64,000 nucleotides of DNA from an uncultured delta proteobacterium (GCA_963727625.1 CAVSHR010000011.1:256001-320000), one strand, 5' to 3'; positions 36,864 through 47,292 are shown, numbered from the stretch's first letter. A program made the numbers and translations. The notes: a model not told the origin generated them from the sequence alone.

Positions 36864-38702
36864 ATGGTACGATTTATTCAAAGCGTGACTGAGCTCTTTG
36901 AAACGGATCTTCGTTCGCTTGCGGTCTTGCGACTCGGAATAGGCCTTTTGTTGCTGCACGATCTGGTCCAGCGGTCAGGGGATCTTGTGGCGCATTACAC
37001 CGATTTCGGAGTGCTCCCGCGCACGGCTATGATTCAAAATACGTATAGTCGGTGGGTTGTTTCGATACACTTGATGAGCGGCACGTGGGAGGTAGAGGCG
37101 ATCCTATTTATTCTGGCAGCAGTATTCGCGGTGCTATTGCTTATAGGTTATCGGACCCGCACCGCGACGATTATTAGCTGGTTCCTTTTCACTTCGTTGT
37201 GCGCCCGGAACACTGTCATCCTGGCTGGTGACGCTTTGCTCTCGTCGCTACTTTTTTGGGGAATTTTTCTTCCATGGGGCGCTCGCTTCTCCGTTGATAG
37301 GGTATTACACGCGGGATGGGATCGTCTTCCGGATCGGTATGTCTCTTGGGGGGTCGTTGTCTACACATTGCAGATTGTCTTCGTCTTTTGGTTTGGCGCG
37401 CTCATGAAAACAGGGACCGAGTGGCGCGTCGATGGCACTGCTATCTATTATGCTCTCAGCATAGACCAATTGGCGACGCCGATCGGGCATTTCTTGCTTC
37501 AACTTGGGTGGATTCTAAAACCGCTTACTTTTGCAGTGCTTGGGTTTGAATTTATCGGTCCCTTACTGCTCTTTTCTCCGATCTGGAAAGGCCCTGTACG
37601 AAGCGGAGCGGTATTTGCGCTTTTCTCCATGCTTGTAGGCTTCGGATTGTGCCTTGTCATCGGCATTTTTGTTTGGACTGCAGCGTTTGCCGTTCTCGGG
37701 TTATTCCCGCCGTGGTTTTGGGAAAACATACAAAGGCGGCGGTGGCGCAAAAGGGATAAACAGGCGGTCAGAATTTATTATGATCGAGACTGCGGTTTTT
37801 GTACGATTTCGACTCGAGTTGTAAAGGGGCTCTTACCCGATCCGCTTATCCTGCCGGCTCAAGAGAACCCGTCGATTGAGTCGGATATGCGGTTACATAA
37901 TTCCTGGGTTGTGTTGGATGAAGACGGTAATCGACACTACGGATTCCTAGCAGGAATGATAGTTGCTCAACACTCTTATTTCCTAAGCTGGTTTGTTCCT
38001 TTGTCCCAATTTTCTTGGGTCAAAAGGATTGGCGAAAAGATATACAGGATTATTGCAGAACACAAAAAAAACTCATGCTGGCTTGAACCCGCAGAATCCT
38101 CAATTCGAGTGCCGGCATTTAACCTGGGAAAGATTCAATGCGCATGCGTCGCGATTTTATTGCTTTATGTTTTCTTTTGGAACGTTGCGACTGTTCCAAA
38201 TTCTAGCATTAGAATATCTGAACGCTTTCGGTCGATCGGCGAAGCGTTAGGGTTGGCGCAAGCATGGACGATGTTCTCGCCTTACCCGCTCAAGGACGAT
38301 GGTTGGTACGTGATCCCTGGGAAGCTCAAAAACGGTAAACAAGTGGATCTTTTTCGTGACGGGAAAGAGATCACCTGGGCGAAGCCTGATGTGGTTTCAG
38401 CGACTTACAAGAATTTTCGCTGGCAAAAATACATGATGAATCTTTGGAGACAAAATTACCGACAATATCGTCCGTATTATGCCCAGTATCTGTGCCGCGA
38501 CTGGAATGCGCATCATTCGCCAGACATGCAATTGGTGGAATTGCAGATCTATTTCGAACTAGAGTTAACGCTACCCAACTACGAATATTCGACTCCCGAA
38601 AAGGTGTTGTTATTAGAACACCGGTGTGATGCTGACAGTACTCCATCGAGAGAATCAAACACTAATGCGATTGACGTTACGTTAAGTGATCGGTCCCGGT
38701 GA
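36864..38702 (+). CDS. HTTM-domain membrane protein with internal DCC1-like CxxC domain
   Basis: DLRSLAVLR, IGYRTR, FLPWGARFSVD, KTGTEW..DGTAIYYAL (HTTM); YYDRDCGFC (DCC); C-terminal QAWTMFSPYP...RWQKY...YLCRDWN. Confidence 0.82.
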   Translation: MVRFIQSVTELFETDLRSLAVLRLGIGLLLLHDLVQRSGDLVAHYTDFGVLPRTAMIQNTYSRWVVSIHLMSGTWEVEAILFILAAVFAVLLLIGYRTRTATIISWFLFTSLCARNTVILAGDALLSSLLFWGIFLPWGARFSVDRVLHAGWDRLPDRYVSWGVVVYTLQIVFVFWFGALMKTGTEWRVDGTAIYYALSIDQLATPIGHFLLQLGWILKPLTFAVLGFEFIGPLLLFSPIWKGPVRSGAVFALFSMLVGFGLCLVIGIFVWTAAFAVLGLFPPWFWENIQRRRWRKRDKQAVRIYYDRDCGFCTISTRVVKGLLPDPLILPAQENPSIESDMRLHNSWVVLDEDGNRHYGFLAGMIVAQHSYFLSWFVPLSQFSWVKRIGEKIYRIIAEHKKNSCWLEPAESSIRVPAFNLGKIQCACVAILLLYVFFWNVATVPNSSIRISERFRSIGEALGLAQAWTMFSPYPLKDDGWYVIPGKLKNGKQVDLFRDGKEITWAKPDVVSATYKNFRWQKYMMNLWRQNYRQYRPYYAQYLCRDWNAHHSPDMQLVELQIYFELELTLPNYEYSTPEKVLLLEHRCDADSTPSRESNTNAIDVTLSDRSR

Positions 38703-38743
38703 TTGCTTATTCGAATTCTCGAATTGTATATAGGATCGAAATA

Positions 38744-40514
38744 TTAGCGTCCGTGTTTTCCCTTTGAGGAACCGGCGCCGCCGGAAGAGGAAATGATTAC
38801 GGATTCCACAGATGACACTCCGAAATGGCCGGCAGCATCGTAAGCCTTTGCTTTTAGGGTATGGGTTCCGTTGCTTATTGATTTAGTAGCGTTAAGTTTG
38901 AAAGTCCAAGGAGATGAGTTGGCGGTCGAAGTTAAAATGTCATCAATATAAAGCTCCACTGCCGTGACACTGCCATCCGGGTCATTTGGATCGGTATTTA
39001 CCGTAAGGAATCGCCCGTCGTAAATTACTCCGGTTATTTGTACAGTAGGAGGGAGAGTGTCTTGCGATTGGACGCTGATGCTATCCTGTGTCGAAGTGGC
39101 TTGGCCGCCGGCGAGGTCGTAAGCTTTTGCCATCAGAGTGTGAGTTCCGGAGAGCCCGTTGGTATTCCATTGAAATGAGTAGGGAGAGGTTGATGTACTG
39201 CTTGCAAATTGTCCATCGACGTAGAGATCAACTTTAGCTACTCCAACTGATGAATTTGCAGCGACGTCAACATTGACCATTCCAGAGACCAAGGATCCAG
39301 TGGAAGGGGAAACAATTGCGACAGATAAAGAATTGCCCGTTGTTGCTTGTGCTGCTTGCAGCGCTCGATAGACATTGATACGTCCCCACCCATAGTACGG
39401 ATCGAAACCGGGCGACCCCAAATCGTCAGCATTGCTCTGTATTAGATCGACTACTTGGGCATTGCTGAGAGCTGGATTGAGAGAAAAGAGGAGTGCTGCC
39501 AAACCTGCAACCTGGGGAGTGGAAAAGGATGTCCCGTAAACGCTCCAATATCCCCCGCCGTTTTGCGTTGTATAGATCCAGTTCCCTGGTGCTGCGACGG
39601 AGATCCAGTTTCCGTAATTTGAGAAGCTTGCGAAAGCGTCTGATGAATCGTTTGTTGCAGATACCGCGAGGACGTTTGTGCACGCCGCGGGATAATAAGG
39701 CGAACTGGTCGAGTAGTTTCCCGCAGCCGCCGCGATGACCAGTCCCTTACTCCAGGCATAGTTCACTGCACTTTGAAGCGTCGAAGAAGGGCTGGAACCG
39801 CTCAAACTAATATTGATGACCTTTGCACCGTGGTCGGCCGCGTAGTTAATGGCCGCAGCAATGTTGGAGTACGTCCCCACATGTGAAGTGTCCCAGACGA
39901 CTATTGGTATAACGGGGTTTTGCCAAGCTACTCCCGCGATACCGATTCCCGAATTGCTCGAGGCTGCGAGAGTTCCGGCAACCGCAGTGCCATGACCATC
40001 TCCGTCTTGGGTATCGGTGTTGTTCGCCAGGAAATTATACCCCGCCATTAATTTCCCAGACAGATCGGGGTGATTTGGATCCACGCCGGAATCAATCACC
40101 GCAATCGGCACTGAAGCTGATCCGGTGGTAAGGTCCCAGTCCGGACGGAGCTGAAATTCGCGGAAGATGCCATTCACTCGAATACCCCGGATCATTAGGC
40201 ACTAGGTTGGCTTCAGCAATAAAGTTTTTCTCGACGAACTGAACGGCCGAATTTTTTGAAAGAGCCGCTTCGATTGCGTCTAATGCATTATCCGGAACTT
40301 TAATCTGATGAACTTTGATTTGTGAAAGTGTCTTGAGTTTTTGTCCGCCGTAAATTCTATACACATTTTCGAGTTGCGCATCCGAGACGCCTGCCTTTGG
40401 GGCGATCAATAGCTCACCCGGAACGTGTGGCGAGCTCTGCGTGCGAGCGAGAGGGGGAGAGACCAACATCCCTGCAGCAATCAACACTAGCGTACATAGA
40501 ATGGATTTAAACAC
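38744..40514 (-). CDS. Secreted S8 subtilase with propeptide and two Ig-like domains (1-nt frameshift at ~40140)
   Basis: Signal peptide and propeptide in 40092..40514 (PNDPGYSSEWHL); catalytic VIDSG, GHGT, GTSFS; two repeats of V.LY.D...HTL.AKAYD. Confidence 0.9.
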
Positions 40515-40607
40515 TGATTGTATCCCTTGCCTTTCTTGCTTACTTGTCTCGGCGAACGCAAGTCGGGATCTTAACGCTCCGTGAGGATTTCAGGGAGTTC
40601 AGATCCT

Positions 40608-40692
40608 TCCTTCGGCAGCCCAGCTATCAGGCATTCACCTGACCCGCGGCTTTGCGTCCCAGCCTCGCGGCTGGTTTGCCCTTGTCGAGAAG
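40608..40692 (-). ncRNA. c-di-GMP-I (GEMM) riboswitch
   Basis: Minus strand reads CGACAAGGGCAAACCAGCCGCGAGGCTGGGACGCAAAGCCGCGGGTCAGGTGAATGCCTGATAGCTGGGCTGCCGAA. It has GGCAAACC, a GNRA-capped P2, GGGACGCAAAGCC and GGGCTGCCGAA, and sits in the 5' UTR of the protease. Confidence 0.9.
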
Positions 40693-40723
40693 GCGGCTTG
40701 TTAATTCTTCTACGATGACTTAA

Positions 40724-40739
40724 CGCAAGCGGTGTACCA
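40724..40739 (-). promoter_or_regulatory. sigma54 promoter for the riboswitch/S8 protease transcript
   Basis: Minus strand TGGTACACCGCTTGCG, positioned to start transcription just before the riboswitch. Confidence 0.65.
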
Positions 40740-41032
40740 ATAGCAGCGGGAATCAATTATAAAGTCTTCAGTCAAATTAACGGTGTATTTGGTAGGTGAC
40801 TAGGAAATTTTCAAACTTTTGGGAGGGTAGGCAAAATCCGAACGAACCCACGCAGGAACCAGCAATGTACGAGCCTCGTCAGACAAACGTACAAATCTTG
40901 TATTTTCGCTAAACGAGCCAGTGACGCGATGGAGACTCTATTCTTGCAGGAATCAAAGGCGACGCTGGCTTAGACGAACATCTAGGGTGGCTAACAATTT
41001 TTAAAATATGGTTTTTCAGGCTTCCGTGTGAA

Positions 41033-41120
41033 TCACCGGGGAGGCGCGGAGGACGCGGAGTAAAGTGTGTTCGATTAGAAATTAGTCCGGACTCTGCGAA
41101 CTTCGCGCCTCTTGTGGTGA
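41033..41120. repeat. Intergenic imperfect inverted-repeat element
   Basis: TCACCGGGGAGGCGCGGAGGACGCGGAGT ... ACTCTGCGAACTTCGCGCCTCTTGTGGTGA. Confidence 0.6.
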
Positions 41121-41163
41121 ATACGCCTTCACAGGTAACCCAGAAGCGCCTAAAAATATAAAT

Positions 41164-41200
41164 AAAAAGGCCCTATCTCCTCGAAGGGATAGAACCTTTT
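41164..41200 (-). terminator. Probable terminator of 41243..41584
   Basis: AAAAAGGCCCTATCTCC tcga AGGGATAGAACCTTTT, an imperfect stem with A/T tails. Confidence 0.5.
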
Positions 41201-41242
41201 CGCTACGCTTGTTAGAAAAGTGAAACGCTTGTTAGACGAAGC

Positions 41243-41584
41243 TTAGCTTCCGTAGTCTTCCTTGACCTGCTTGGGAGTGATGATCCAATCCCCCGTACAG
41301 CTCAGACGGGCGGTTTCGCCGATGTCTTTCCCGTTGGTGCCGCCATCGTAGTGTCCTCGCACGCCGAAGGTGCCGGTATAGAATATCGCCGCGCTCGCCT
41401 GGGTTCCGGCGCAGGTCACGGCTTTATAAGGAACATGCAGGATCGACAAAATAACGCTCCCCAGTACGAAAATGCCATTGTCCTCTTGATCGCCGGACTG
41501 TTGCGCACGGCTTGAGGCCGGCGTCAATAAAATCACCAGAGCAAAGATGGCGACCGAGATTCCACAGATGACTCGATTCTTCAT
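41243..41584 (-). CDS. Small exported/membrane hypothetical protein
   Basis: RBS GGGAGGA, signal peptide ending SSRA, hydrophobic segment, two Cys in the mature part. Confidence 0.7.
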   Translation of the reverse strand: MKNRVICGISVAIFALVILLTPASSRAQQSGDQEDNGIFVLGSVILSILHVPYKAVTCAGTQASAAIFYTGTFGVRGHYDGGTNGKDIGETARLSCTGDWIITPKQVKEDYGS

Positions 41585-41697
41585 GCTATCCTCCCTTTCC
41601 TCGACGGCGCTTAAATTAACGCGCTTATTTTGCGTGGGATTGCGCGATAAGTCAAGCTAAACTTATTCCCTTCCATGCCGGCCGGCGCACGAGAATT

Positions 41698-43050
41698 TCA
41701 CCCCATTGGCTCAGGGATGAGATGGGCCATTGGGGAGTCTTGTGCCAGCACCTTAGTGCTCCGCTGTCGCTGGGTGACCGAGGGAGGCGGATCTAACAGG
41801 AATTTCGTCATCGCGTCAGCGGGAATCGGCCGGCAGAAATAATAGCCCTGGGCCTCATCGCACTGCAAGTTGGTAAGCAGCTTTTTCGCATCTAAGGTCT
41901 CGACGCCTTCGGCCACGATTTTGAGGCCGAGGTTATGACCCAAATCGACAATCGACTTGACGATGACCGAGCTGTCCCGGTCGCGTTCGATATTTAGGAC
42001 GAAGGATTTATCTATTTTAATGCAAGACACCGGCAGCTTGGTGAGATAGGCGAACGAGGAGTAACCCGTGCCAAAGTCATCGATCGTAAACCGCACGCCG
42101 AGTTGGCGGATTTGATTCAGTATGCGAATCACTCGTTGCGGATCGCTCATGATGCTGGTCTCGGTAATTTCTAGTTCCAGGTTGTTCGGCGGCACACCGG
42201 TGTCACTCAGCAATGCCTCGATTTGATCCGGCAGTTCTTGCGCTTCGAGGTTCCACATCGTTAGGTTCACCGCGACGCTTATGTCCAAGCCCATTTCTTT
42301 CCACTGGCGGCATTGAATAAGCGACTGCTGGAGGACCCATAAAGTCATTGGGATAATCAGCCCGGTGCGCTCGGCAACGGGAATAAATTGATCGGGAACG
42401 ATAATCCCATGCTCTGGATGCTGCCATCGCAGGAGCACTTCGACACCCGTGATGGGCCCAATGCTGAGATTCACCTTGGGTTGAAAGGTGAGAAATAGCT
42501 GATCGAGAACAATGGCTTGTCGAAGCTCGCTCATCCATTGCCGGGGTGTAAATAGACTGTGCGAACGCGCTGAATAGACCGTGCGCGGTTTTCTATTCGT
42601 CGCCGCGGCGGCGAGATCGACCTCGGCAAATTCGATCAAACTTTCCACACTATCGCCGTTTTCCGGAAACAAGGCGTTGCCGATCCGCGGCTCGAGTGCA
42701 AAGGGGACGTCGTCGATGCGCACCGGTTCGTCCAGTCGAGCCAGCAGCCGGTTGAGCACCAGATCGAGATCTTGCGGCCCCTGGACAGACTGGAGCAGCA
42801 CGGCGATATGTCCGTTACTCAGTACCGCCACTGCATCCGACTCACGCAAGCCGCTTTTTAGCCGCATCGTGACCGCATTGTTAAAGGCCATCAATCCCTT
42901 GTCGCCCGGACTCAACTCACCGGTCGAACTCTCGAAAGAAAAGACCAGCACCGCCACCTGCGGGAAGCTGTTTTTAGCCGAGCGAATCGCTTGGCGCACT
43001 CTTAATTCAAATTCGGAATTGTTTGTGGTCGAGACCGGGTTATTTTGCAT
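41698..43050 (-). CDS. Degenerate GGDEF plus EAL c-di-GMP phosphodiesterase
   Basis: EVLLRW, FIPVAERTG, LEITE, IDDFGTGYSS, IKIDKSF, AEGVET, QGYY. The GGDEF site reads SNGHI. Start set at ATG 43050 (RBS GGAGA, downstream of the sigma54 site). Confidence 0.9.
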   Translation of the reverse strand: MQNNPVSTTNNSEFELRVRQAIRSAKNSFPQVAVLVFSFESSTGELSPGDKGLMAFNNAVTMRLKSGLRESDAVAVLSNGHIAVLLQSVQGPQDLDLVLNRLLARLDEPVRIDDVPFALEPRIGNALFPENGDSVESLIEFAEVDLAAAATNRKPRTVYSARSHSLFTPRQWMSELRQAIVLDQLFLTFQPKVNLSIGPITGVEVLLRWQHPEHGIIVPDQFIPVAERTGLIIPMTLWVLQQSLIQCRQWKEMGLDISVAVNLTMWNLEAQELPDQIEALLSDTGVPPNNLELEITETSIMSDPQRVIRILNQIRQLGVRFTIDDFGTGYSSFAYLTKLPVSCIKIDKSFVLNIERDRDSSVIVKSIVDLGHNLGLKIVAEGVETLDAKKLLTNLQCDEAQGYYFCRPIPADAMTKFLLDPPPSVTQRQRSTKVLAQDSPMAHLIPEPMG

Positions 43051-43168
43051 CGGTCGAATCTCTCCGAAAGGGCGCGTGAAAAATTTGCCTTGGAGCTCCC
43101 ATGAGAATCGGACTATTTTCGGATTGATCGCTCCATAATTGCGATCCAGGTGTTTTAGCGTGTGAAAA

Positions 43169-43184
43169 AGCAACGGGTGTGCCA
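43169..43184 (-). promoter_or_regulatory. sigma54 promoter of the EAL gene
   Basis: Minus strand TGGCACACCCGTTGCT, consensus match. Confidence 0.75.
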
Positions 43185-43491
43185 GGCAATTGTTTTGAGT
43201 TCTTGGGTAAAGAAAGCATTGTGGATGAATCGTTTGCCATCAAAAAATGCGGGAGATGGCAAAACGGACAGTGACTCGACACAATTGGCAGACAGGGTCG
43301 TCGGTCGCTACCCCGCCAGTTTCATCCCGTCGGTTTGCCGCTACGAGATTCACCTTGGATTTCGGCAAAATTTCCTAAAATGCTTCCAAGGCCATCAAAG
43401 CGCCTTATTTGCAGGGCGCCGTGACTCAAATAGCGATTTTATGGACCAAGAGTGCAAGCGAGGTGAAAAAGTAATAACCGGTCGTCATAGG

Positions 43492-45081
43492 TCAAAGGCC
43501 GCTATCTGGTTGGTACAAGGTGACCGACGCGTACTTCGCGACCAGAGACGCGTGGGCTTGGGTCTTCTTGACGAATATCGTTGCTATGCGATCTGAGTAG
43601 ATCGGCTGCCAGTCTCGTTGATCTTGAAGTGCCGCGGTCAGCGGGGAATAGGTATCAAAAATTACCCATGTAATATCGTATTTCTCTAGCTCGGCTCTCC
43701 AGCCCCTCTGGGCATTGGCGATTGTGAAGTAGGAAGTTCCGTATTTGGCGCCATACATATCAGACCGGCCGTCCATAAAGACACGATAGGCGGGCCAAGC
43801 GGCAAAGATCAGGTAATCGCCGAATTCATCGTTGTTGAACATGTTGCCGGTGATCGGCTCTTTCTTTAAAAACTCGACGGCGGCCACTGGAAAGGTTTTG
43901 CTATCAAACTGAAATTTCACTGCTCCTCCCAGCGCCAGCGCGCAAACGAAAAATAAACTGAGGGCGGGCCATAAATATCCCTTCAGGTTGAGATCTATGG
44001 CCGTCAAATTCCGGTTCCGTTTTTGGTAGGATAGAAATATTTTGTCGGGCAGCCGCGTTACGACGTGCGCCGCGGAATTGACTAGAATGGGCGCTATGAT
44101 AATGGCGTAAAGGGATACATACCTAGCCGAATAGAGGGACATATACGATAACAGCAGGACGAGGGTAGTTTCTATGACGTTGAGCGCGGACGGGGACAAC
44201 GCCAAAGCGCCGATCATCGCTATAAGCATGTATTTGAAAGGCAAAACGTCATGAAAATTTGGCGACAGGAATTCTATGACCCGGTCCATGATGAATCGAT
44301 CAGAAGTGAGCCGAAATGGAAACCAAAGAATGTCGATTCCAGAAGGATTGACTAAGCACGCCCCTAGCAGTCCCAGAAATAAGACAAAGAGTTGTCTTGC
44401 CTTGTGGCGGTATTCCTGTCGCTCCGAGGGATTGGCGCTGATGCCGTACAAAACATTACCCGCAAAGTAAATGCCGATCAGGATCAGGGCTATAATAAAC
44501 CCGCCGTGAAGGTTGACCCATAACAACATCAACAGCGGCATATAATATATGAATCGAGAGTCGTTCCGATACTGAAAGCGATCGAGACAATGATACCAGG
44601 CAACGACAAATAGGAGCGAGAAAACATGCGGGCGAGCAAGCCAATGGGACGCAGAGGTGGCGGCTGCGAGCAAAGTTACGAGAACGCACAGCAAGATGGC
44701 GTCCGATCTGGCGCGCAGCGATTGATAGAGCAGCCAGTGGGTAAAGGCGAGCAAGCTGGCGAAAAACAGGACCACCCCGGTTAGACCGAAATTTTGAAAA
44801 ATTTTCGCCATGATCACTTCGGACAGCCATTCGTGTGCCGTCCACTTTAGCGCTGGCGCATGAAAGGAATAGGGATCTTGAGTCGGCACATGCCATGTTT
44901 GCAAAATTATTTCGCCGGTTCGAATGTGATAACCGGTATCGCCGTCCCCGAGCAGGCCCTGTCCCGAGTTGAAAACGAGGACAAACAGCAGCGCGACGAA
45001 AACCATGTTGCCGATCGTCGGCAGCATTAGGGTGGATAACCCCGCTCCCTTCAATGAGAGCGTTGGACGTTCATTAGCCAT
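43492..45081 (-). CDS. Multi-pass membrane protein, GT-C-like glycosyltransferase fold
   Basis: GDGDTGYHIRTGE...DPYSF...WTAHEWL first loop, ARPHVFS, LWVNLHGGF, FGDYLI...VFMDGRSDMYG; about 12 TM. Confidence 0.65.
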   Translation of the reverse strand: MANERPTLSLKGAGLSTLMLPTIGNMVFVALLFVLVFNSGQGLLGDGDTGYHIRTGEIILQTWHVPTQDPYSFHAPALKWTAHEWLSEVIMAKIFQNFGLTGVVLFFASLLAFTHWLLYQSLRARSDAILLCVLVTLLAAATSASHWLARPHVFSLLFVVAWYHCLDRFQYRNDSRFIYYMPLLMLLWVNLHGGFIIALILIGIYFAGNVLYGISANPSERQEYRHKARQLFVLFLGLLGACLVNPSGIDILWFPFRLTSDRFIMDRVIEFLSPNFHDVLPFKYMLIAMIGALALSPSALNVIETTLVLLLSYMSLYSARYVSLYAIIIAPILVNSAAHVVTRLPDKIFLSYQKRNRNLTAIDLNLKGYLWPALSLFFVCALALGGAVKFQFDSKTFPVAAVEFLKKEPITGNMFNNDEFGDYLIFAAWPAYRVFMDGRSDMYGAKYGTSYFTIANAQRGWRAELEKYDITWVIFDTYSPLTAALQDQRDWQPIYSDRIATIFVKKTQAHASLVAKYASVTLYQPDSGL

Positions 45082-45141
45082 GGCGAAATTCAGGCGATCT
45101 TTCGCGCCGGGTGTCGTGAATTTTTTCCGTGTGAAACTTGA

Positions 45142-46329
45142 CTAACCGACCGCGTGGGTGGTGTTGGTGACTTTTTGATTCCGGGCGGTTATTCCCGGCT
45201 GCTCGGCGGCGCCAGAGCGTGATTTGACCAATCCCAATAACCATCTTGAACGTGGTTTTGGCTTATTGAAATTTAACGGCAGAACAATACGAAAGGTCGA
45301 GCCCTTTCCCAGTTCGCTTTTGACGCTGATCGTTCCGTGTATCTGTTCTAGATGCTTCTTGACAATACTCAGGCCCAAGCCGATCCCGCCTCGGGAATTT
45401 TCTGTGGAAGTCTTGTGCACTTGCATAAACGGCTCAAAAATACCCGTCAGGTGAGCCTCTGAAATGCCCGTGCCGGTGTCTTGGACTTCTGCCACAACGG
45501 AATCGTTCTGAGGCAGCCTTGCCAACCGCAAGGTAATCGATCCATGATCGGTATATTTGACGGCATTTTGCAAGAGATTGCTGATGACTTCTTTCAGTCG
45601 TGTCGCGTCGCTGCGCATGGGAATGGATTCTTTAAATATTTCCCAATGGAGATCGAGCCCCTTTTGCTTGCAGAGAAATTCAAAGGTTTCCTTCAACTCT
45701 CTTAAGACCTTACCCAGATCAAGCTCTTCTATTCGGATTGGTTGTTTCCCGGCCTCCATTCGCGAATATATCAAGATCTGATCGATCATGTTTTTAAGAT
45801 GGGTGGATTGCTTGGCCACGACTTGAAGAATTTCGAGGTGCTTGGCCTCGAGGCCGCCATACAGCCCGTCGGTGATACATTCGATGTAGCCGATAATAAC
45901 CGCCAAAGGGGTGCGCAATTCATGCGAGACCTGATTTAAGAATTCGGCCTTGAGATTGGCTAGGTGCTCCGCCTTTTCTTTCTCCTGCCGGAGGAGCTCT
46001 ATCTGCGCTTGAATCTTGCTCCTTGAATTCGACGAAACGTTGCCGATCGCTAACCCCATCATCAACATACCGAAACCGGCGATCGCGCCATAGCCAAAGA
46101 GCTCTTTGTTGTCGCCAAGCAACTCCATCAGGTTGTCGAGACGGGGGTTGCGGGCTTCTTCGGCGGGTCGTTTTATCGCTGCTTGCCTGGGCGCGCCGAA
46201 CGGCTGCGTCGATTGAGCGGCTCGGACAGTCGTTCGCCAAAAGCTGTCCACGCCGTCGGTCCAAAATGGCGCGGTTCCTGTCAAGGCAACCGACAGGGTG
46301 GCCGCGATAAGAAATTTTTGTTTTGACAT
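45142..46329 (-). CDS. Sensor histidine kinase (HisKA + HATPase)
   Basis: FLNQVSHELRTPL H-box, NLLQNAVKYT, VQDTGTGI, FEPF, GIGLGLSIV. Confidence 0.93.
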   Translation of the reverse strand: MSKQKFLIAATLSVALTGTAPFWTDGVDSFWRTTVRAAQSTQPFGAPRQAAIKRPAEEARNPRLDNLMELLGDNKELFGYGAIAGFGMLMMGLAIGNVSSNSRSKIQAQIELLRQEKEKAEHLANLKAEFLNQVSHELRTPLAVIIGYIECITDGLYGGLEAKHLEILQVVAKQSTHLKNMIDQILIYSRMEAGKQPIRIEELDLGKVLRELKETFEFLCKQKGLDLHWEIFKESIPMRSDATRLKEVISNLLQNAVKYTDHGSITLRLARLPQNDSVVAEVQDTGTGISEAHLTGIFEPFMQVHKTSTENSRGGIGLGLSIVKKHLEQIHGTISVKSELGKGSTFRIVLPLNFNKPKPRSRWLLGLVKSRSGAAEQPGITARNQKVTNTTHAVG

Positions 46330-46335
46330 CTAATG

Positions 46336-47292
46336 TCAGGGATGTGCGGGAGATTGGCTGCTGCTCGTGGCGTTTTCAGGTTGCCAAATCTCAATTCTAT
46401 CTTTACCAGAATTCTTCGCCACATACAGCGCCTTGTCGGCATTTTCGAGCAGCTCTGGCCAGTCGGAATAGAACTTCGCAGAGGTGGAACTGACTCCGAT
46501 GCTGACGGTGAGCGCAAACGGCCGCGCCGTTGTGCCGAAAGAGCAGGTACGAATCGCCTCGTGAATCTTGCTTGCCACTTGCAGCGCGCTGTCCTGGTCG
46601 GTCTCGGGCAAAATCAATACGAATTCTTCGCCGCCGTACCTTGCCGGGAAGTCGCTTTGACGGGTTTTCTCGCGGAAGGTTTCGGCAATCTTGACCAATG
46701 CAGCGTCACCGCCGTGGTGGCCATAGGTATCATTGATTGTTTTGAAATTATCGATATCTAAAATCAGCAGGGATAGGGAATTATGGTAGCGTTTGGAACG
46801 CTCGAACTCTTCCTGAATCTTTTTTTCGAATGCGCGGCGGTTAAAAAGGCTGGTGAGAGAATCGACTTGAGTCTGATACTCGAGGTGTTGTTGGTATTGA
46901 ACGACCCGGGTACCAACACGGATCCGCGCTAAAAGTTCTGAAAACGAAAACGGTTTCGTGATGTAATCATCTGCACCTAAATCGAGTCCATGGACGCGGT
47001 CGCCTTCCTGAATTCTCGCGGTGATCAGAATTAAATAGATACTCTTCAAGGCAGGATTACTGCGGATCCGTTTGATCAGCTCGAATCCGTCCATCTTCGG
47101 CATCATAATGTCCGACAGCGCAATTTGGACATTTTCGGTCTCCAGCCTTTCGAGAGCCTCTAAACCATTTGCCGCCGTTACGACGCGGTATCCTTCGCGC
47201 TGAAGTACGATCGCCAACAGGTCTCTTTGGTCCGGATGATCTTCAATCACCAGGACGGTCAGTGGGGAGTTATCTTTTTGCACGTTGTTCAT
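46336..47292 (-). CDS. Response-regulator diguanylate cyclase (REC-GGDEF)
   Basis: IEDH, SDIMMPKMDG, DDYITKPF; DIDNFKTINDTYGHHGGD, RQSD I-site, RYGGEEF. Confidence 0.95.
   Translation of the reverse strand: MNNVQKDNSPLTVLVIEDHPDQRDLLAIVLQREGYRVVTAANGLEALERLETENVQIALSDIMMPKMDGFELIKRIRSNPALKSIYLILITARIQEGDRVHGLDLGADDYITKPFSFSELLARIRVGTRVVQYQQHLEYQTQVDSLTSLFNRRAFEKKIQEEFERSKRYHNSLSLLILDIDNFKTINDTYGHHGGDAALVKIAETFREKTRQSDFPARYGGEEFVLILPETDQDSALQVASKIHEAIRTCSFGTTARPFALTVSIGVSSTSAKFYSDWPELLENADKALYVAKNSGKDRIEIWQPENATSSSQSPAHP

Noticed and set aside
43051-43173. N-terminal extension of the EAL protein to 43173
   Set aside because: It overlaps the consensus sigma54 promoter; ATG 43050 has an RBS.
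46336-47292. Hypr GGDEF / 3',3'-cGAMP signalling
   Set aside because: The cyclase keeps the canonical Asp (GHHGGD) rather than Ser/Thr, and the riboswitch has G at the discriminating position.
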